DNA of 27,964 bases from a virus (taxonomy: Duplodnaviria > Caudoviricetes): IMG/VR virus record IMGVR_UViG_3300017648_000013, positions 1-27,964 of that record. One strand, written 5' to 3'. The notes below the pieces were generated by a model. The model worked only from the letters and a program-made list of their open reading frames with translations, was not told the DNA's origin and did no database searches. The translations under genes and the position numbers were made by a program. Positions 1 through 5,512 of the stretch are shown here, one piece after another. Positions within the stretch are counted from its first letter, which is position 1. Each line of letters opens with the position of its first letter.

Positions 1-222
1 AAATTCATAAAAAAGCAAACACGAGATTGGAGCCCCGACCTGGTTCACGATCCAGTGCAGGAACGCCTCCTCGACATAATCGCAGACAAAAAGAAGTCGC
101 TGAAGAAACCGGTAAAAGCCAAGGCCAAAAAGGCCGAAACGGAACCAGCCACCGGCAATGTCATTAACATCATGGATGCATTGCGGAATTCTCTCAAGAA
201 AGAAACCAGCAAGACGAAATAG
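1..222 (+). CDS. ku: NHEJ Ku protein, C-terminal part (5' end outside the window)
   Basis: Frame 1 reads KFIKKQTRDWSPDLVHDPVQERLLDIIADKKK...TGNVINIMDALRNSLKKETSKTK*. The DP..ERL..II..K and NV.(N/D).M(D/E)ALR.SL motifs are typical of the bacterial Ku C-terminus. Confidence 0.8.
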   Translation, partial: KFIKKQTRDWSPDLVHDPVQERLLDIIADKKKSLKKPVKAKAKKAETEPATGNVINIMDALRNSLKKETSKTK

Positions 223-239
223 GTTTTGGAGCGAGACTA

Positions 240-422
240 ATGGCCCAGAAGAAAAATCCATGGTCCGATCCCGATCTTGTACGGGAAAAGGACGCAACCG
301 ACCCGTCACCGGTGGAGCCGAGAGACCATCAGGAGAAACCCACGCATGAACAAACAAACGCGCCGGGCAATCCAAATTTACGGGCACCCAAAGAGCCCTA
401 CCCTGACCGATCGAAAGATTGA
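240..422 (+). CDS. small hydrophilic Pro/Asp/Glu-rich hypothetical protein (60 aa)
   Basis: ORF with a GGAG SD upstream, directly after ku and followed by a hairpin terminator. Confidence 0.55.
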   Translation: MAQKKNPWSDPDLVREKDATDPSPVEPRDHQEKPTHEQTNAPGNPNLRAPKEPYPDRSKD

Positions 423-502
423 TCAGAATAACAGACACCGTGACGAAGTACATATCTGGGGTCGCTTAGCCTATCGCAGGTAACAGCGACATTACGCAAG
501 AA

Positions 503-534
503 GGGCTTCGGAAAGATCCGGAGCCCCACTTTCT
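503..534. terminator. intrinsic terminator hairpin between convergent genes
   Basis: GGGCTTCGGA-AAGA-TCCGGAGCCC stem (503-526) followed by CACTTTCT. Confidence 0.6.
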
Positions 535-670
535 AGATCAGTCGGCTTAAGATCAAACAGGTGCTCGCGCTGCAAATCGCAGCAAATACAACAAATTTTG
601 GCAACGATAACTGTTCAATCCATCTGATCGCCCAGATACGCGGAGTTTCGACTGTATTTTTATTGGTCAT
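533..670 (-). CDS. small membrane peptide (45 aa), not in the supplied ORF track
   Basis: MTNKNTVETPRIWAIRWIEQLSLPKFVVFAAICSASTCLILSRLI*. Strong SD GGGAGGGG just upstream of the ATG; hydrophobic C-terminal segment. Confidence 0.55.
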   Translation of the reverse strand: MTNKNTVETPRIWAIRWIEQLSLPKFVVFAAICSASTCLILSRLI

Positions 671-749
671 TTTCCCCTCCCTTTAGAGAGGGCTTTTATC
701 ACACGGTCAAAAACCGTCACCACCTTCTTTAGTTTATACCCGCTCTGCT

Positions 750-1064
750 TCACTGCTTGAAACGCTTGGTGACGATTTCAAACAGTGCGTCCGATATCCA
801 CATTCCGCAGGCTCCGACGACAAATGCGGCGGCATGAAGCCCCGCGTTTGAGCCATCATCGGGCGGCAACGGGAAATGAACCGCATTCAAATAATGCAGA
901 AGCGGTCCGGTCAAATAGCCGGCCGCCAGCGCTCCGCAAATTGGCGAAGCAATCGTTTCGCGAACGGTATATCGCTTACGAGACAATGCGCGCAGAGCAC
1001 CGCCTGCAAATCCGGCAATCACGACGGACAGTTTGAGGCCAAATTCGTCTAACGGTCCGTTCAT
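750..1064 (-). CDS. putative holin (about 3 hydrophobic segments)
   Basis: 104 aa with hydrophobic helices and a basic C-terminus; ATGA-coupled to the spanin gene at the end of the lysis cassette. Confidence 0.65.
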   Translation of the reverse strand: MNGPLDEFGLKLSVVIAGFAGGALRALSRKRYTVRETIASPICGALAAGYLTGPLLHYLNAVHFPLPPDDGSNAGLHAAAFVVGACGMWISDALFEIVTKRFKQ

Positions 1065-1276
1065 TTCCAGCAGCCCCGCCGTTTTCCGTTTTCATCGTTA
1101 CCCTCGACCCGCTCCGCTGCTGGCCGGTCTACTTTGGTCAGTGCGACCAGACCGGCAGGCGATAGGTTATTCTGTCTCCAGCCCGCGCAGCTCGTTGCAC
1201 TGGTCGAAGGACAGCCCGCGACGACGAAGGGCAAGAACACAAAAGTCATAATCCGTAAGCCCGCGTAGTTTTTCAT
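1061..1276 (-). CDS. outer-membrane spanin (Rz1-like lipoprotein)
   Basis: MKNYAGLRIMTFVFLPFVVAG-C lipobox and further Cys residues; overlaps the 3' end of the i-spanin gene in another frame. Confidence 0.75.
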   Translation of the reverse strand: MKNYAGLRIMTFVFLPFVVAGCPSTSATSCAGWRQNNLSPAGLVALTKVDRPAAERVEGNDENGKRRGCWK

Positions 1277-1448
1277 CGTCCTTGCCCCTTTCCTTTTCGG
1301 CTTTGACGGTTTCGCGCAATTGCTCGGAAACTGCCTGCTGACGGCCCTCACGCATTCCGGCGAGATATCCACCCGCCAGAAGCAGAAGCGCCGCCAGAAC
1401 GGCAGCGAGCGAGTATTTCAGCCATGAGGGGATGAGCGCCCAGATCAT
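1167..1448 (-). CDS. inner-membrane spanin (Rz-like)
   Basis: Start MIWALIP overlaps the endolysin stop (ATGA); N-terminal TM, coiled periplasmic segment, two C-terminal Cys. Confidence 0.75.
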   Translation of the reverse strand: MIWALIPSWLKYSLAAVLAALLLLAGGYLAGMREGRQQAVSEQLRETVKAEKERGKDDEKLRGLTDYDFCVLALRRRGLSFDQCNELRGLETE

Positions 1449-2203
1449 GCCTCTTTCCTCACCCGCTGGATGAAGAAGTAGAGACCGACGCCGACAAGCG
1501 CCACCATTGCAACAGCAAGCGCCCACTGCATCGGGCCGGAACCGTCAGCCATTGCGCCGACGCCGGTAATAAGCCCGCCGAGCGGTCCCCATGCTTCCGG
1601 CTTCTTCAGTACCTCTTTCAAGGACGTATCCGACTGTACGGCCTTGCCTGTTGGAACCTGCGGCACCGGTGAAGGTACGGGAGCACTGTCACGCGAGAAC
1701 GCCAGAGCGCGAGACCGAACCCGCGAGACACGCGAAGTCCAGCCCTTTCCGAACGTCGAGAATGTGCCGAGACCTTTCAGCCATGCCAGACGTGCATCGC
1801 ACAGTTCGTTGATGATCCGGTCAGCGGCGATCTTGCGAACGGCAGCGAGTGTCTTTGCGCCGATGACGCCATCCTGATCGACGCCGACGACTTTCTGGAG
1901 CATCTTGACGGCGCGAGCTGGACCAGAGTGGATAGCAAAATCCAGCGTGGCATAATCCACACCGGCAGGCAGATCATCACCGGAAACCTTGTTCCAGTAA
2001 TTCTCACGATAGATATCCGTCGCCTTGGCTTTGGTCAGCGCCTTCACTTCGGCTTTCGAGACACGACGCCCTTCCCAGGCTGACAGCGTAGCGAGCGTGA
2101 TGCCCATATTGGTTGCACCGCCGGGGTCTTTCGGATGATCGACGTACCCGCCCTCTTCCGAGAAGACATGCGGCATCGCTTTGGCGAAGGTTCCCTTGGC
2201 CAT
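1445..2203 (-). CDS. endolysin, glycoside hydrolase family 108 with peptidoglycan-binding domain and C-terminal hydrophobic helices
   Basis: EGGYVDHPKDPGGATNMGIT GH108 motif, DGVIGAKT motif, FGKGWTSRV motif, and the C-terminal TM WALAVAMVALVGVGLYFF. Confidence 0.9.
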   Translation of the reverse strand: MAKGTFAKAMPHVFSEEGGYVDHPKDPGGATNMGITLATLSAWEGRRVSKAEVKALTKAKATDIYRENYWNKVSGDDLPAGVDYATLDFAIHSGPARAVKMLQKVVGVDQDGVIGAKTLAAVRKIAADRIINELCDARLAWLKGLGTFSTFGKGWTSRVSRVRSRALAFSRDSAPVPSPVPQVPTGKAVQSDTSLKEVLKKPEAWGPLGGLITGVGAMADGSGPMQWALAVAMVALVGVGLYFFIQRVRKEA

Positions 2204-2237
2204 TGGTGATTTCCTTACTTTGTGAGATGATCGATTA

Positions 2238-2307
2238 GCGCTGCTGAAGTTGCCCTCCCTAACAGCGCGACCTCGGTAGCGACCTTCCCAGCACCGAGGT
2301 TTTTTTT
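2238..2307 (+). ncRNA. candidate two-hairpin sRNA with C-rich anti-SD loops (cuckoo/AbcR-like architecture)
   Basis: Stem GCGCTG/CAGCGC with a loop containing CCCTCCC, abutting stem ACCTCGGT/ACCGAGGT with a loop containing CCTTCCC, then a run of 8 T. Confidence 0.5.
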
Positions 2308-2352
2308 GGGAACGAATTAAAATGTTAACAATCGCGCCTTTAATCTGAGACT

Positions 2353-2431
2353 GGGCGCTTATCGTTGCTTTCAGCTAGATTTCCCAAGGCGCCTGCCCCG
2401 GTTAATGAAACCTTGCCGGGGCTTTCCATTT
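2353..2431 (+). ncRNA. second candidate two-hairpin sRNA
   Basis: Stem GGGCGCTT/AGGCGCCT with loop ending TTTCCCA, abutting stem GCCCCGG/CCGGGGC, then TTTCCATTT. Confidence 0.4.
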
Positions 2432-2434
2432 GAA

Positions 2435-2459
2435 TGAACATTCTCGCTCCTCTTGGGTT
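2435..2459 (+). promoter_or_regulatory. possible EcfG-type (general stress sigma) promoter, imperfect
   Basis: TGAAC-N16-GGTT versus the consensus GGAAC-N16/17-CGTT, 19 nt upstream of the 2479 ORF. Confidence 0.3.
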
Positions 2460-2478
2460 AGCCCTTACGGAGGTACCA

Positions 2479-2595
2479 ATGGGCTCATTCATTTACGGTC
2501 ACATCGAATGGATATTCTGGGCTTTCATGGCGCTAGCTGCTGCCATCGTTATAACAGTCTTCTTTTATTATGACGGGAACGGAAACCGACGTTGA
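2479..2595 (+). CDS. small single-pass membrane protein (38 aa), not in the supplied ORF track
   Basis: MGSFIYGHIEWIFWAFMALAAAIVITVFFYYDGNGNRR*; perfect GGAGGT SD upstream. Confidence 0.65.
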   Translation: MGSFIYGHIEWIFWAFMALAAAIVITVFFYYDGNGNRR

Positions 2596-2644
2596 AAAAA
2601 CCGCACCGCATGCTGGGCGGATCGTCAGGTTTTCGGTATCGGTT
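2595..2644 (-). terminator. possible terminator after the tail fibre genes
   Basis: Minus strand ACCGATACCG...CGGTGCGGT followed by a T run; imperfect stem with a large loop. Confidence 0.35.
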
Positions 2645-3056
2645 AGGCAAGTGAGAGAAGCTCAGCCGCCCTTTCTTCTCCGAATAAATCCGTCGCCATC
2701 TGAACGAGCAGAGGCCAAAGCTCATGATCGGAGCGGAAGGTGCTTGCGGTCAGAAAGATTTGCCGGGTGCGGAACGGCTGAGTTGCCATCGCCGCGTTGA
2801 CCTGTTCCGCCTCGGCATCAGTCATGCGCTCCCAGAGCGTGACGGCGGGTATGACGGTCACAATCGGAGCAGCGGGCGGTGTGTATTCAATTACTTGACC
2901 ATTCACGATACGGCGCTGGCCCTGGAACGATAGTAACTCTTCGTGTTGGGCATCTGTGATTTCGATTGCTCCACTCGGAACATCGTAATCGTAAAACGAA
3001 GTGTCGAAGAACGCTGTTGGTAAGCCTTGCTCATCAGTTTTGACGTAAATAGCCAT
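2643..3056 (-). CDS. tail fibre assembly/chaperone-like protein
   Basis: Start MAIYVKTD directly after the fibre gene; the VPSGAIEITDAQHEELL motif resembles Tfa-type N-termini. Confidence 0.65.
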   Translation of the reverse strand: MAIYVKTDEQGLPTAFFDTSFYDYDVPSGAIEITDAQHEELLSFQGQRRIVNGQVIEYTPPAAPIVTVIPAVTLWERMTDAEAEQVNAAMATQPFRTRQIFLTASTFRSDHELWPLLVQMATDLFGEERAAELLSLA

Positions 3057-3057
3057 C

Positions 3058-4035
3058 CTAATTCCCCCAAGCAAAGTAGTTGAACAAAATACCGGGATCG
3101 AATTGGAGGGTTCCCCCATTTAGTATCGCCTGGATAACGACACTAAACCCTGATTGGTTGTGTCCGAACGTTGTTATTGTCCTTGTATAGGATGCGCTAA
3201 CGTTTGCGTTCAGTGAACTCACAACGCCGAAGCAATTGTTGGGGAAACTGGTATGGAATGTGACAGGCCCATAACCTGTCGACGGAGCCGCGAGAGTTCC
3301 CATCATAAATACTCGTCCGTCAGGGAGAGTAAGTCGATTACTATTCGATGACGCCCCCATCGTTGCCCACATCGCTGCGCCGTTAGCGTCATCGAGTAAG
3401 GTGCGTGCAAAGGGCGTGATATCCGACAGGAGAATATCGCCGTTGTCATCGGTGTTGATCAGTTTGTTTGCTGCCAGTGCGACCGCCTTCAGCCCGCCGT
3501 TTGCGTCGGTTTGCAGAATTTGACGTGCTGCCAATGTGAGCGCCGTGAGTGCACCGGTCTCATCCGTCTGCAAAATCTGGCGTGCCGCCAGCGTAAGCGC
3601 CGCCAGCTTGCCGAGACTGCCGTTGGGGTCTTGGATGCCGAACGTAGCAGGATCAGCCAGATCAAGCGTACCCGGTCCGGTGAAGATCGGAACCATGCCA
3701 GCAGCACCGACAAGAGCCGCAAAGGCTTCAAGATTGCCACTGGATAGTAGATCGATCAGAACACGCACTGCGCCTTGATATCGGCTGCCGTCTGGCTGGA
3801 ACCGGATGCGCAGGGGCAAGCCTGAACCAGCAGCCGCCGCAGGGCATGGCAGAAACAATGTGCCGCTGTTCTGCCCGGTAATAGACGCGATAATCAGGAC
3901 ATGGCCTGACGGCGCGATAATGGCGTCACCGGCCTGCACCGCTGCCGTCTGGAGCGATGAGCCTGATGTGGTGAAGTCACTGCTGCCAGAGGTCAGCGTC
4001 AACTCACCGACATCATAATCGGGGCGTATTGCCAT
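3058..4035 (-). CDS. side tail fibre protein
   Basis: Internal 19-aa repeats, the ITPFARTLLDDA motif, and a C-terminal LPDGRVFMMG...VTFHTSFPNNC...YFAWGN fibre-tip domain. Confidence 0.8.
   Translation of the reverse strand: MAIRPDYDVGELTLTSGSSDFTTSGSSLQTAAVQAGDAIIAPSGHVLIIASITGQNSGTLFLPCPAAAAGSGLPLRIRFQPDGSRYQGAVRVLIDLLSSGNLEAFAALVGAAGMVPIFTGPGTLDLADPATFGIQDPNGSLGKLAALTLAARQILQTDETGALTALTLAARQILQTDANGGLKAVALAANKLINTDDNGDILLSDITPFARTLLDDANGAAMWATMGASSNSNRLTLPDGRVFMMGTLAAPSTGYGPVTFHTSFPNNCFGVVSSLNANVSASYTRTITTFGHNQSGFSVVIQAILNGGTLQFDPGILFNYFAWGN
3439..3606 (-). repeat. three tandem ~57-bp (19-aa) coding repeats in the fibre shaft
   Basis: LAALTLAARQILQTDETGA / LTALTLAARQILQTDANGG / LKAVALAANKLINTDDNG. 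Confidence 0.8.
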
Positions 4036-4283
4036 TATGCGCTCCTCTTGGTCTTCTGAGCGGCTTCAAGGTCTTTGTTGCGCTGCTCTAGCTCGGTGCG
4101 GAAGGCTTCGTTCTGGACCTCAAGGATGGACATCTGGGCGCGCATACCGGCGATCTCATTAGCCAGAAGCAAGTTACGGTTCTTATAGAACTCATTCAGC
4201 GCCATTGCTTCGCTTGCCGCCGCCATCGGATCGATTTGCACGTGCGTAGGCTTCGCCGGTTCATTCACCGTCGTGTCGGTCAT
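4035..4283 (-). CDS. small coiled-coil phage protein
   Basis: Start MTDTTVNE with AGGA SD; heptad-rich; stop overlaps the fibre start. Confidence 0.7.
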   Translation of the reverse strand: MTDTTVNEPAKPTHVQIDPMAAASEAMALNEFYKNRNLLLANEIAGMRAQMSILEVQNEAFRTELEQRNKDLEAAQKTKRSA

Positions 4284-4299
4284 GTCGGGTTTTCCTGGA

Positions 4300-4638
4300 T
4301 TAAATGAGTACGAAGAAGCGGACTGTTCTCGCCCTACCGTCGATATTGCGAATACGACAGACGGTGTAAGGCTCCCACATCTCGGCGCAGTAGGTTCCTC
4401 GGTTAGCCTGCACCCCGTCAGAGCCTCGCAACACCACATAAGGGATTGCACCGGTGGGGTTTGGTATGGAGAAGTCCTGACTGCCAGCCCCGCCGAATGT
4501 CACTATTCCTGAATAGGCGGGCCGCATTGGCTCCATTCCTGGATAGAGCGCCATGTTTTCCGGTGAAGCCACAGCGGCGTCATACCCCGGCTTGGATATC
4601 TGAAGCCCCGCCGGACTGAGAATGATCCTCCGAGCCAT
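4300..4638 (-). CDS. small tail-tip protein, paralogue 3
   Basis: Start MARRIILSPAGLQISKPGYDA, coupled to the upstream stop; shares its N-terminal motif with the two neighbours. Confidence 0.7.
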   Translation of the reverse strand: MARRIILSPAGLQISKPGYDAAVASPENMALYPGMEPMRPAYSGIVTFGGAGSQDFSIPNPTGAIPYVVLRGSDGVQANRGTYCAEMWEPYTVCRIRNIDGRARTVRFFVLI

Positions 4639-5090
4639 CACAACAGCCTGTTCTTGAACACGATGTACTTGATTTTCAGCGTCTGGGAAAAGGTATACCC
4701 GGTGCATCGCCACCATATTCCGTTAGTCGAAACGGCGCATTTCACATCGACAGGATATCGATCCGTGGCAGCAGATGTATCATTCGGGAATATCACGCGG
4801 TTGTTAAGTCCTCCCTCGCTGTCGATGCAGACAGTAAAGAACACCAAAGGAATGTATCCCAAATCTGGGAAATCAACCTTCAGGAGATAGTCGTATCGAC
4901 CGCCAGCCCCACCGCTCCCATTGTTTATCATCACGTCACCGGCGGGCGCGCCTCTTTGGTGAACCTTCAGATAATCGTTGTCGGATGAGACAATGGCGGG
5001 GTCAGCAAGACTGGTTGCGCTGTACCCTGGTGGCGAAACGCGAAACAGCATTCGTGAACCAAGCTGCCCCATGAAGATGCGATTTGTCAT
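4638..5090 (-). CDS. small tail-tip protein, paralogue 2
   Basis: MTNRIFMG...FRVSPPGYSA; beta-rich; translationally coupled. Confidence 0.7.
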   Translation of the reverse strand: MTNRIFMGQLGSRMLFRVSPPGYSATSLADPAIVSSDNDYLKVHQRGAPAGDVMINNGSGGAGGRYDYLLKVDFPDLGYIPLVFFTVCIDSEGGLNNRVIFPNDTSAATDRYPVDVKCAVSTNGIWWRCTGYTFSQTLKIKYIVFKNRLL

Positions 5091-5506
5091 CCTTCAAAAA
5101 CCCAGAAGCGGTGAATGTAGTTGAACGAAGGGTTCGTCTCCAACGACAGCCCATAGATGGATGATGTGCTGATATCGTACCGACCGGTGAGCAGGAATAT
5201 TCCCTTGGCATTCGATGGTGGCGGGGGAATTGAAGAAATCCCGCCCCACATGCCGCTCATTTGCTGCTTGTCCATATCCACGATCATTAATGCAACGACA
5301 GATGGGATGTAGTTCAACGCATACGGGAAATTCACCTGTGTATCCGTCAGGGAGTTCGCCGTAAGCTGGAACTTGATCCCGCCCCCATAAAACCAATCAC
5401 TGTCGAACGTCTTTTGTGCATCCGGCAATGAAGGTGAAGCATTCTGCCCCGGTTTGCTGGTGATTAGCCGAGGCGGGTTGCCACTTAGATAAACGCGCTG
5501 GGCCAT
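5087..5506 (-). CDS. small tail-tip protein, paralogue 1
   Basis: MAQRVYLSGNPPRLITSKPGQNA; immediately follows the central fibre gene. Confidence 0.7.
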   Translation of the reverse strand: MAQRVYLSGNPPRLITSKPGQNASPSLPDAQKTFDSDWFYGGGIKFQLTANSLTDTQVNFPYALNYIPSVVALMIVDMDKQQMSGMWGGISSIPPPPSNAKGIFLLTGRYDISTSSIYGLSLETNPSFNYIHRFWVFEG

Positions 5507-5512
5507 GCGTCC

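Noticed and set aside
158-483. ORFs 158-349 and 277-483
   Set aside because: Out-of-frame overlaps of ku and the 240-422 gene, lacking SD and coding features.
2309-2345. CtrA box or EcfG promoter in the AT-rich spacer between the sRNA-like units
   Set aside because: TTAA half-sites are not spaced by 7 nt, and GGAAC at 2309 has no CGTT-like element at 16-17 nt.
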